A DNA stretch of 44,377 nucleotides from a virus (Duplodnaviria > Caudoviricetes). Where the stretch lies: the IMG/VR virus record IMGVR_UViG_3300020044_004264, positions 1-44,377 of that record; one strand, written 5' to 3'. The position numbers were made by a program, and so were the translations under genes. Numbering within the stretch: the first letter of the stretch is position 1; each line of letters begins with the position of its first letter. Shown piece by piece: positions 25,498-33,058 of this stretch. The notes under the pieces were generated by a model, which was not told the origin of the DNA, ran no database searches, and saw only the letters and a list, made by a program, of their open reading frames with translations.

Positions 25498-25730
25498 TAG
25501 TATTCGATTTTGTCGATTAGGTCGCTAATCTTGTTTACGATTTTCATTTTCACTTCGTACTGGTTCGGGGCATTGGATTCATCCACCGCTCCGATGCAGT
25601 CGCAGAGGGTCGTAATGACCATCATTAGCGAGTCCATCCGAGCCTGTATTTGTGCCTCGTCATCCTTCGCCTTCAAGTTCCCCAAGTTCTCGGAGTTTAT
25701 TTCTTGACCATGATAAAGCCGACTTGCCAC
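25497..25730 (-). CDS. Hypothetical protein (start uncertain)
   Basis: Helical ORF filling the gap; TAATG coupling with terS. Confidence 0.55.
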   Translation of the reverse strand: MASRLYHGQEINSENLGNLKAKDDEAQIQARMDSLMMVITTLCDCIGAVDESNAPNQYEVKMKIVNKISDLIDKIEY

Positions 25731-26130
25731 CCCAAAGGAGATATGAGATGTAACCGCAGTCGGAGGTGTCGTCAGCGTTGTCGTAGTAGGTTTCCGCCCT
25801 CGACAGGTAGGAGTGCATCCGCTTGATGGTTTCGACCGAGATTGCTTCCCCGTTGGCTAACTGCTGCGCCCGGACCTTGCCCGTCTGCGTTGCACATTTG
25901 TTGCCGTTCCGCTCGTTGAGTTCAATCCCTCGCTTGGCATTTGACCGAATCTCTTGGCCGTAGTCCGAATAAGACTCGAATTGCTGCCTTTTGTGATTCT
26001 CCCAAGTTGAGCCACAAACGGCCAATCTTTGAGCCGTATCAGGGAACTCTGCATTGGTTTGGTTATTGCTCATGCAGCGACCGATGAATCCTTCTTTGCT
26101 TTCGTTATTGTTCGGGATTGGCAGGGGCAT
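25660..26130 (-). CDS. Hypothetical protein with head-associated-type domains
   Basis: FIGRCM...QRLAVC and RAQQLANG...IKRMHSY...YLLWGG segments recalled from phage head-module proteins. Confidence 0.7.
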   Translation of the reverse strand: MPLPIPNNNESKEGFIGRCMSNNQTNAEFPDTAQRLAVCGSTWENHKRQQFESYSDYGQEIRSNAKRGIELNERNGNKCATQTGKVRAQQLANGEAISVETIKRMHSYLSRAETYYDNADDTSDCGYISYLLWGGKSALSWSRNKLRELGELEGEG

Positions 26131-26377
26131 TGCTTAGTGGGATTGTAACGGTGTTTTGGTTGACTTCGAGGAACAGGTCCGCTTGTAGGTAAATGTATTG
26201 AAGGGCCATTTTTACGCAGTCAGCGCACCACCAATTCGTAGGCGGTCGTCCGTGAGCGGTCAGGATGGCTTGCAGTTCACCAACGGCATCGGGTGGCAGT
26301 CGCATCGTCAGCGAGGCCACATATTGGTCCCAGTACTTGCGATGCTTTTGGGCAATTACGAACTGGTCGTTGGTCAT
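26105..26377 (-). CDS. Hypothetical CxxC protein (90 aa)
   Basis: MTNDQF start overlapping upstream stop; WWCADC. Confidence 0.6.
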   Translation of the reverse strand: MTNDQFVIAQKHRKYWDQYVASLTMRLPPDAVGELQAILTAHGRPPTNWWCADCVKMALQYIYLQADLFLEVNQNTVTIPLSNAPANPEQ

Positions 26378-26625
26378 TTGAAGGTCCATTCCCGAATGAT
26401 TATTGCGGTGGCAGATGAGGCGAGGCCAAGGATAGGAGCCAAGTACCACTGGCACGTTGGCAGGGTCAGCAGCACCCCAAGCCAAAAGCCAAAGCAGGTC
26501 ATGCACGAAAACGGTTTCCGCTTGGCGAAGGGCAAAGCGTAGAACCATCCCGGCAGGACCCGGAACTCCACGACCGCAAGGGTCGCTAAAGCACTAATCA
26601 GGATTGGAAAAACCAGTATATCCAT
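26374..26625 (-). CDS. Small membrane protein (DUF1360-like)
   Basis: TM segments with KPFSCMTCFGFW. Confidence 0.6.
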   Translation of the reverse strand: MDILVFPILISALATLAVVEFRVLPGWFYALPFAKRKPFSCMTCFGFWLGVLLTLPTCQWYLAPILGLASSATAIIIREWTFK

Positions 26626-27142
26626 TGGACTCGATTGCGGTTTTGATTTTGGCCTTGGCCTGTTCTATGGAGTAGATGATGCTACGGTACGGGATGCCCG
26701 TTTCCCGGGACATGGCCTTCATGTTCCCTGTCTGCATGAGCAGGTTGAGCAGTTCTTTGTCGTAAGGGAACGCCCCATCCTTCGCCCAAGAGTCCATCTC
26801 GCTTTGTGCGATGGCCCAAAGGTCGTCAAGCAGGGAATCGTAGTCCTTGCCTTCTTCTTGGGTTTCGGGATCAATTTCGACCCTCTCGTCGTGGTGGCGG
26901 TACTTCTTGGCGAATTGATTATTGTTGCCCCTGTATAGGTTCATGATGAGCCGAACGATGTAGAACCGCAGGTATCCCTGCACCTGCATCTTGGTAATCT
27001 TGTCGGGGTCTTTTTCGAGCAGAATCAGGACGACCTCTTGCTCGAGGTCCTTCCAAAGCGGATTGCCCCCCGTAATGGTGAGGCAAGCCTTGCGGATTTC
27101 TCCGCTGCGATAAAGGTCAAGGATGGTAGCCTCTGCGTTCAC
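26594..27142 (-). CDS. Sigma-70/ECF-like transcription factor
   Basis: DLEQEVVLILL (region 2) and MKAMSRETGIPYRSIIYSI (region 4 HTH). Confidence 0.75.
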   Translation of the reverse strand: MNAEATILDLYRSGEIRKACLTITGGNPLWKDLEQEVVLILLEKDPDKITKMQVQGYLRFYIVRLIMNLYRGNNNQFAKKYRHHDERVEIDPETQEEGKDYDSLLDDLWAIAQSEMDSWAKDGAFPYDKELLNLLMQTGNMKAMSRETGIPYRSIIYSIEQAKAKIKTAIESNGYTGFSNPD

Positions 27143-27168
27143 TCACGCAAAGATGGAGGGGGTTGTCG

Positions 27169-27468
27169 CTAATGTTGCAAAAAATCCCGTGTCCTGTTCA
27201 AAACTTGTGTACGGAGGAATTTAATGTCCGGCCTCGCTCTCATGTTTATCGCAAGGATTTCGAGGTTGTGCATCACGGTTGCGTGGTTCCTCTTGATGAT
27301 TCGCCCGATTTGGCAGTAGGTGTACAGGTACTCGGAGTAGGCGATGTCGGCAAAGATGGACCGGGCAAGGACCAGTTCTTGGGTCTTGACGTTGCTCAAG
27401 ATGTCATCGGGGCTGACTCCGACAACCTCTGCCGTGTAGCCGAGAATGGTTCGTGAGATTAGGTCCAT
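27169..27468 (-). CDS. DnaA C-terminal (domain IV)-like HTH protein
   Basis: LVLARSI...IGRIIKRNHATVMH. Confidence 0.75.
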   Translation of the reverse strand: MDLISRTILGYTAEVVGVSPDDILSNVKTQELVLARSIFADIAYSEYLYTYCQIGRIIKRNHATVMHNLEILAINMRARPDIKFLRTQVLNRTRDFLQH

Positions 27469-27470
27469 GG

Positions 27471-29450
27471 TTAAAGCATTGATTCAATTAAGTTTATTCT
27501 CTCTCCTATCCATCGCATCACCGGGACGGCCATTGAGTTACCGCAAGCCTTGTACCTTGGCCCATCGGGGCATTGGTCGGCATCCTTGTTTCGGTATGGA
27601 ATCTTCGTCCAATCATCGGGGAATCCTTGTAGGCGTTCGCACTCCTTGGGGGTCAGCCTTCGGATAGCCATTGAGTGCATAACCGCAGGGGTTTGGCATC
27701 GTTGCAACTGCGTCTTCTCCTGAAGGCTCATTCCTCTCATATCTCCACCTAATTGCCAGTCAAACGCCATCGGTTGCAACACGGCTCCAATATGCTCCGT
27801 ATCGGATTGTGAGCGAATGGTTTGCGTGGTGTGGTCGTTCGTGGTGTAATTGTAGGTGTCCACGGCAATGGGTTGCAACACGGCATTCATATTCGTTCCG
27901 TGTTGTTCCCTTACCACTCCAAACTTATCGCCAGTTGTTTTTTGATTGTAAACATCCACGGCAATACAAGGCCCACTCATTTTGGCCAAGTCGGTTTTAA
28001 GTGTTTGAGTGATGCCTTGGTCAACTTGTGCGGTACGCCAATCCACGGCTATCGGTTGGGCAACAACATCTCTCTCCCCAAAATTAGCAGAACCACATCC
28101 CTTGAAATAATTTGCGTCAATCGTTCCTGCTATATTTCCGTTTATTCCTATCGGTTGGGCAACAACGCCAATTGATTCATTTACCCCCCCTTGTGGTGAT
28201 TTAATGGTTTGATTTATATTGGATGTTGTCTGATTAAAAGTATCAAAGGCTATCGGTTGCTGAACCAATGGCGTATTGCCTCCTCCCGTTCCATATCTCG
28301 CACTCACGGTATCAGCGACATCCTTTGGGCCATTGACTCTTGAATCGTTTGGATGCGATTCGTAGTAAAGAGGTTGGGCAACTCCTTGAGTGGCCTTTGT
28401 GTCAACCGTATAAGATGTTCCGTCATCGTTCCATCCACGACCATTTTGAGCCTTTTCAATCGGCCTAACATCTTGAATGGCTATCGGTTGGGCAACGGCT
28501 AATTGATTATCTCCCGGCTCTGACCTTAATGTTGGGGATGTGCCATTATCCGAATACCCATACCCAAGCCTTTGCATCTTGCCCGGTTCAAAGGCTATCG
28601 GCTGGGCAACTGCGTGTGGCCCTTTCGCAACCAACGATGACATCGTTTCTCCTGCCTCAATCCTCGGCTCGTATTGTGCGTTCTCTCCTTGGTTGAATGC
28701 TGCACGGTCAATGATAGTTGTAGCATAAACCATATTGCCCGTTTCGTTTGAGCCGCTTGGACCTCCATATCCCTTCATCCATTTGCTTGTAACAGTAGGG
28801 CTTAAATTGCCTCCCACGCAACTTACATCGCCTGACTCTCCAACGCTTCCTTGAGCATAGGTGGCAGCTTCTTCCCTCTTTTTTCTGCTCGGTTTAGTAT
28901 TCCCTTGCAGGCTTTCTCGCTCAAATAGAACCGCTGCGGCAACTCTCCAGTCTCCAAGGTATCCGACAACAAACACTCTTCTGCGTCTTTGGGCCACTCC
29001 GAAGTATTGAGCGTCAAGAACTCGATAGGCGAACCCATACCCGAGTTCCCCCAACGCCCCAAGGAAGGTTCCAAAATCTTTTCCTCCGTTGGACGACAAT
29101 ACCCCGGGGACATTTTCCCACACGACCCACTTGGGACGGAATTTATCAGCGATTGAAAGAAAAGTAAGCATGAGGTTTCCTCGTGGGTCAGCAAGACCTT
29201 TGCGAAGTCCTGCAACGGAGAAGGATTGGCATGGGGTTCCCCCCACGAGAAGGTCAATTGGTCGCTCATCTGCGATTGGGTTTTGGTTGATTTTTGTCAT
29301 GTCGCCAAGGTTTGGGACATGGGGAAAACGATACTTTAGGACTTCGGAAGGAAACTGCTCAATCTCGGAGAACCATTGCGGTTCCCATCCAAGGTTATGC
29401 CAAGCAACTGAGGCTGCCTCAATGCCGGAGCAAACTGAACCGTACTTCAT
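27471..29450 (-). CDS. C5-cytosine DNA methyltransferase with multi-TRD array
   Basis: Motifs I (SVCSGI), IV (GGTPCQSFS), VI (ENVPG), VIII (QRRRRVF), IX (RRLTPKECERLQGF), X (GNSMAV). Confidence 0.95.
   Translation of the reverse strand: MKYGSVCSGIEAASVAWHNLGWEPQWFSEIEQFPSEVLKYRFPHVPNLGDMTKINQNPIADERPIDLLVGGTPCQSFSVAGLRKGLADPRGNLMLTFLSIADKFRPKWVVWENVPGVLSSNGGKDFGTFLGALGELGYGFAYRVLDAQYFGVAQRRRRVFVVGYLGDWRVAAAVLFERESLQGNTKPSRKKREEAATYAQGSVGESGDVSCVGGNLSPTVTSKWMKGYGGPSGSNETGNMVYATTIIDRAAFNQGENAQYEPRIEAGETMSSLVAKGPHAVAQPIAFEPGKMQRLGYGYSDNGTSPTLRSEPGDNQLAVAQPIAIQDVRPIEKAQNGRGWNDDGTSYTVDTKATQGVAQPLYYESHPNDSRVNGPKDVADTVSARYGTGGGNTPLVQQPIAFDTFNQTTSNINQTIKSPQGGVNESIGVVAQPIGINGNIAGTIDANYFKGCGSANFGERDVVAQPIAVDWRTAQVDQGITQTLKTDLAKMSGPCIAVDVYNQKTTGDKFGVVREQHGTNMNAVLQPIAVDTYNYTTNDHTTQTIRSQSDTEHIGAVLQPMAFDWQLGGDMRGMSLQEKTQLQRCQTPAVMHSMAIRRLTPKECERLQGFPDDWTKIPYRNKDADQCPDGPRYKACGNSMAVPVMRWIGERINLIESML
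27766..28610 (-). repeat. Array of ~17-bp linker repeats (GTTGCCCAACCGATAGC consensus) separating variable modules
   Basis: Copies near 27766, 27865, (27961 partial), 28048, 28147, 28249, 28366, 28480, 28594; spacings 87-117 nt, all multiples of 3. Confidence 0.9.
28823..29269 (-). CDS. Nested alternative-frame ORF, M.EcoHK31I beta-like polypeptide
   Basis: 148-aa open frame inside the MTase; RWGNSGM, ECLLSDTLET, FYLSEKACKGILNRAEKRGKKLP. Confidence 0.65.
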   Translation of the reverse strand: MSDQLTFSWGEPHANPSPLQDFAKVLLTHEETSCLLFFQSLINSVPSGSCGKMSPGYCRPTEEKILEPSLGRWGNSGMGSPIEFLTLNTSEWPKDAEECLLSDTLETGELPQRFYLSEKACKGILNRAEKRGKKLPPMLKEALESQAM

Positions 29451-29629
29451 TAGAACGGATTAGGGGGTAGCGGCATCCAATGGCTTACTTCGATTAGGAA
29501 CCAAGTTTGGTGTTCGTAGTACCAGCGTCCATCTCCGAGCCATGCGTAGGCTTGGTTCATGTCGGTCGTAAAAATCAGGACAGGCTCGTAAGGTGTCGGC
29601 ATCCGGTCCAAGCATTTAATCCATTCCAT
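29450..29629 (-). CDS. DUF551-family protein
   Basis: MEWIKCLDRMP...VSHWMPLPPNP. Confidence 0.85.
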   Translation of the reverse strand: MEWIKCLDRMPTPYEPVLIFTTDMNQAYAWLGDGRWYYEHQTWFLIEVSHWMPLPPNPF

Positions 29630-29631
29630 GG

Positions 29632-29784
29632 TCAGGCGTTTTTGGCTTGAAGGATACGACCGAGCAGGGTCCAGTTGACGGACCAAGGCTTAATGGTTTC
29701 GCTTTTGTCGGGGCGGTTGCAGTTGACGCACTCCTTGCGGATATGCAGTTGCCAGCGTCTGAAATCGGTGGGTGTGGTTTTCAT
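29632..29784 (-). CDS. Hypothetical protein (50 aa)
   Basis: MKTTPTDFRRWQ; CCCCATG start context. Confidence 0.55.
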   Translation of the reverse strand: MKTTPTDFRRWQLHIRKECVNCNRPDKSETIKPWSVNWTLLGRILQAKNA

Positions 29785-29827
29785 GGGGTTGGGGTTTAGC
29801 ATTTTGGTGGTGTCAACGAAATGGTCT

Positions 29828-30031
29828 TTACACATGGGTTCGTGTTTCCGAATCCCAAATCTCGGTCCAATTGAAATCCTTCCAGTTATCCTTCCATAAA
29901 AGTTTAAACTTTTCTTTAATTTTTGCTTCAAAACTTCTGGCCTCTTCCAAGGTGTCGAAGTCCTCCTGAAAATCATTCATCCCACCATTGGGATAATAGC
30001 AATCACCTGCAAATACTAAAAATCGTTTCAT
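29828..30031 (-). CDS. Hypothetical protein (67 aa)
   Basis: MKRFLVFAGDCYYPNGGMNDF; AAACCTCAAACCGATG start context. Confidence 0.75.
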   Translation of the reverse strand: MKRFLVFAGDCYYPNGGMNDFQEDFDTLEEARSFEAKIKEKFKLLWKDNWKDFNWTEIWDSETRTHV

Positions 30032-30176
30032 CGGTTTGAGGTTTGGTTGGTAAGGTTATAGGCTGACGCTGGGGGAGGTTTGGTAAGACCAGAGGCTGAC
30101 GGATTTATCATTCATTATATGCGATAAGGGTGCTTATTGAACGATTTCTCATTCATTGTATGCTCTTGCGTATAGC

Positions 30177-30188
30177 GCAAATTTACAC
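30177..30188 (-). promoter_or_regulatory. Bacteroidota -7 promoter element GTGTAAATTTGC
   Basis: TAnnTTTG consensus; same 12-mer at 32602-32613. Confidence 0.55.
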
Positions 30189-30190
30189 AT

Positions 30191-30520
30191 CTATTCCACA
30201 CTTGCAACCACTCGCTGAAAATCCTCAACGCTTCGGATGACCTCGTATCGGTAGCCTGCCTCTTGGACGACTCCCTGCCACCACTTTTGAGAAAGGGACT
30301 GCTTGCCTTTCTCGGCTTTGAATTCCAAGAAGATGACTCCCTTGTCCGATAGATAGGTCATGTCTGCAACCCCAGCGGTCAGGCCAATGCCCTTGAGAAA
30401 ATGACCGTTCGTTCGGCTTCGGGGGTTGTTGAGGTTCAGGAACAACCGCCCTTCTTCGTGGGGCTTTAGGAGTTTGAACAACTTGACGCAGGCTGCTTGC
30501 AGAGTGTATTCGGGTGTCAT
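30191..30520 (-). CDS. VRR-NUC nuclease/resolvase
   Basis: EYTLQ, GLTAGVADM, FLEFK, QSLSQKWW, GYRYEVIRS. Confidence 0.88.
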   Translation of the reverse strand: MTPEYTLQAACVKLFKLLKPHEEGRLFLNLNNPRSRTNGHFLKGIGLTAGVADMTYLSDKGVIFLEFKAEKGKQSLSQKWWQGVVQEAGYRYEVIRSVEDFQRVVASVE

Positions 30521-31785
30521 AGGGGATATTCGTTGGCTTTGGTGTAAGGCAGTTGGCATTGGACTTGGGCGATTCCAAGGCTACCGTTCCTGTTCTTTCG
30601 GAAGATGACCTCCATCAGGTCCTGCTCGGCATTCTTGTCGTGTTCGTAGGGCCTGTAAACAAAAGCGATTTTATCGGCATCAAATTCCAGTTGCCCGGTT
30701 TCTCGCAGGTCGGACATGATGGGGCGATGGTCTGCCCTGCCTTCGGTTGCCCTTGAGAGCGAAGAAACCACGACCCCAAAGACCTTTTGGCGTTTGCAGA
30801 TTGCTTTCAGTTGCTTAGAGATGTTGGTCATTTGCTCGATTTTGGGCTTGGGCTTGTCAATCTTGGCGGGTTCTACGAGTTGCAAGTAGTCAAGGTAAAA
30901 GCCAACGATTCCGAACTTGGCCTTGAGTTTGGCTATCTCGCCCTCGATGCGGTCAAGGTTTGCTTGGTGCAGGTCCACGATGTAGAGAGGCTTGCCTTTG
31001 AGTTGGTCAGCCTTTTGTGCCAAGGTCAGGTACTGCTCCGTAGTGATTCGCTCATCGGGTTTTAGGAATGCTGAACCGTCCATCGTTCCGAGGTTCGAGA
31101 GCATCCGCTGGGTCAGTTGGTCTGCACTCATTTCCATCGTAAAGAACACGACGGGGATTTCGGCCATGGCTTGGTTTATCGCTATCTGCAAAGCAAGGAG
31201 GGTCTTACCCATCGCAGGACGACCGCCTACGAGGATGAACTCGGAGGGCTTAAACCCGGTGCAGATGTTGTCGAGCGGTCGGATGAAGGTTTGGTAGATT
31301 TGGTCTTTGCGTCTGCCTTCCCGGATCTCGTTCATGTTGGCGAGAAAGTCCTTGGCGAGTTCGTGAGCAGATGTTTCGGAGGCGTTGGATTCAACGGCTT
31401 GGATGGATTGATAGCGTTGGAAGGCCTTGGGGATGTCCCGATCATGGGCGAGTTCTTCCATGATTCTCGCTTCCTCCCTCTCTTTCCAAAGGTCGTGCAG
31501 GTCGGAGGCGTAGGTCTTCCAGTTGCTGACAAGCCCCGCTTCTGGGTCAATGCCTTCGAGTAGGACATGGGCTTGGCCTTGGTCGGCAAGGTACTTGTAC
31601 ACGGTAACGACGTCAATTTCTCGCTCTGCTTTGTGGAGGGATTCAATAGCCCGGTACAGGAGGACGTTGTTGCCTGTGAATAGGCGTTCCGGGATTTGGG
31701 TTAGGAGGACGGTTCGGTTCACGAACTTGTCCATAAGGCAGCCGAGCAGTTTGCGTTCAGCGGACAACTGGTAAGGGTTCATCAT
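30517..31785 (-). CDS. dnaB: DnaB-like replicative helicase
   Basis: GRPAMGKT, MEMS, DYLQL, SDLRETGQLEFDAD, KNRNG. Confidence 0.95.
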   Translation of the reverse strand: MMNPYQLSAERKLLGCLMDKFVNRTVLLTQIPERLFTGNNVLLYRAIESLHKAEREIDVVTVYKYLADQGQAHVLLEGIDPEAGLVSNWKTYASDLHDLWKEREEARIMEELAHDRDIPKAFQRYQSIQAVESNASETSAHELAKDFLANMNEIREGRRKDQIYQTFIRPLDNICTGFKPSEFILVGGRPAMGKTLLALQIAINQAMAEIPVVFFTMEMSADQLTQRMLSNLGTMDGSAFLKPDERITTEQYLTLAQKADQLKGKPLYIVDLHQANLDRIEGEIAKLKAKFGIVGFYLDYLQLVEPAKIDKPKPKIEQMTNISKQLKAICKRQKVFGVVVSSLSRATEGRADHRPIMSDLRETGQLEFDADKIAFVYRPYEHDKNAEQDLMEVIFRKNRNGSLGIAQVQCQLPYTKANEYPL

Positions 31786-32476
31786 CGGAGGTTAGGTTTG
31801 AGTAGGCGAAGTTAGGTGTACGTTGGATGGCTTGGTCCTCCCAGCGTTTGCCGTTGAGGTAGGTGGCGGCATGAGGCACAAACTGGACGGGGGTTTGAGA
31901 GTAGAGCCTTGAGATGTTGTTAATGGCTTCTTGCTGGTCTGCATTGGACAACTTTGCAAAGGATTTTGACGCTGCCTGCTTCCCGGTCTTGCGTGGATAG
32001 ATAGCCCAAAATTGGTCAAAGATTGCACAAGTGTTCTTTATCTCTTCTTTGTTTGTTATCTCTTCTTCTCTTATCTTATCTAATCTTATCTTATCTGCTT
32101 CCGTTTGCTTAGCACTTGCTTGGTTTTGCTTAGCACTTGCTTCGGTTTGCTTAGCACTTGCTTGGACCTTTACTTCGCCTCCTTTACGACCTGCCTCCCT
32201 CCTTCTTTCGCTTAGCCTGTTAAGGTCCTCCATCTGCAAATCAAGGAAGTCGATGCGGATTTCTTCGCCTTGGGTCTTGATTATTTCGGACTCAATCAGT
32301 TTTTGAAGGAGGTCTTTGCCTATCTCAAGGCTTGCTTGATGGGCCGTAAACTGCCCGTGCTTGACCCAGTAGAGTTGACAAATGTGGATGAAGGCCCCTT
32401 GGACTTCAAATGATTTGCGACTAATTCGACCTGCGAGCCAATCGCTTGGGGAGTGTTTGTACCAACTATTTTCCAT
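31757..32476 (-). CDS. Replication initiator (lambda O-like architecture)
   Basis: N-terminal WYKHSPSDW...GAFIHI HTH; internal repeats; FDQFWAIYPRK and HAATYLNGKRWED; upstream of helicase. Confidence 0.8.
   Translation of the reverse strand: MENSWYKHSPSDWLAGRISRKSFEVQGAFIHICQLYWVKHGQFTAHQASLEIGKDLLQKLIESEIIKTQGEEIRIDFLDLQMEDLNRLSERRREAGRKGGEVKVQASAKQTEASAKQNQASAKQTEADKIRLDKIREEEITNKEEIKNTCAIFDQFWAIYPRKTGKQAASKSFAKLSNADQQEAINNISRLYSQTPVQFVPHAATYLNGKRWEDQAIQRTPNFAYSNLTSDDEPLPVVR
32036..32163. repeat. Putative replication origin: three 21-bp-period iterons plus AT-rich TTATC repeats
   Basis: TTTGCTTAGCACTTGCTT at 32104, 32125, 32146; (TTATC)n tract ~32071-32095; inside the initiator gene. Confidence 0.7.
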
Positions 32477-32479
32477 GAT

Positions 32480-32517
32480 AAAAAAAAAGCCCCCAACTGA
32501 TTCCGGCAGTTGAGGGC
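32480..32517 (-). terminator. Terminator/attenuator hairpin just upstream of initiator ATG
   Basis: GCCCUCAACUG-CCGGAAU-CAGUUGGGGGC-U9; 11-bp stem is fully paired only on the minus strand (one G-U). Confidence 0.8.
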
Positions 32518-32612
32518 AGGGTTAAGTGGAGGAACCCTTTATCTAACACCTGCTTGGCCGGAATTCAAGCGGATGCGTTTAATTGTAAATGTAGTACGCC
32601 TGCAAATTTACA

Positions 32613-32849
32613 CTAAAAAGGCATATCACCGTCTTGTGGTGCAAAATTTCCTCCGCTGGTCTGCTGCTGGATCGGCTCTACTTTACCGCTGATGAACCGC
32701 TTGCCGTTGGATTCCTTGATCCACCCGGATAGGCGCATCTTGGTTCCATCGGGAAGGACCACATCGCCTCGGTAATCTGGGCGTTTCGGGTTGTCGCCTT
32801 TGTCGTTAGCGAACAGGGTGAAGGTGTTGGGTTGGGGTGTGTAGCTCAT
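32613..32849 (-). CDS. Small SSB-like protein (DUF736-like)
   Basis: NPKRPDYRG...LSGW and acidic DGDMPF C-terminal tail. Confidence 0.7.
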   Translation of the reverse strand: MSYTPQPNTFTLFANDKGDNPKRPDYRGDVVLPDGTKMRLSGWIKESNGKRFISGKVEPIQQQTSGGNFAPQDGDMPF

Positions 32850-33058
32850 GGTTGGGGGTTGTAAATGGTTGGGGTTGGGGTTTCGAGTTTGTGATAGTAC
32901 GATTTGGTTACTCCGACATAGCCGGAATTTAGGAGGTCGTGCAGCACCCGGTAGGTGTAGCGTTCTTTGTTGCCCAGCAGTTCAGCAATCTGCTTGGCTC
33001 GGTATGGGCGGTCGCATAGCAACCTGTAAACCCTTACGGCATCGGAGGCTCTTCTCAT
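32846..33058 (-). CDS. Small HTH DNA-binding protein
   Basis: AKQIAELLGNKERYTYRVLHDL HTH pattern. Confidence 0.7.
   Translation of the reverse strand: MRRASDAVRVYRLLCDRPYRAKQIAELLGNKERYTYRVLHDLLNSGYVGVTKSYYHKLETPTPTIYNPQP

Larger units (their letters stand above)
1..32865. mobile_element. Phage genome unit (siphovirus-like, Bacteroidota host), copy 1
   Basis: Full set of terminase, portal, capsid, tail, lysis and replication genes; sequence at position 1 recurs at 32866. Confidence 0.92.

Noticed and set aside
27766-28610. CRISPR array (repeat-spacer appearance)
   Set aside because: Repeats are short, degenerate and strictly in frame inside an intact ORF; spacers are ~70-100 nt; no cas genes
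32828-32882. G-quadruplex-like GGGGTT runs
   Set aside because: Explained as the complement of the C/A-rich initiation context and Pro/Thr codons on the coding strand
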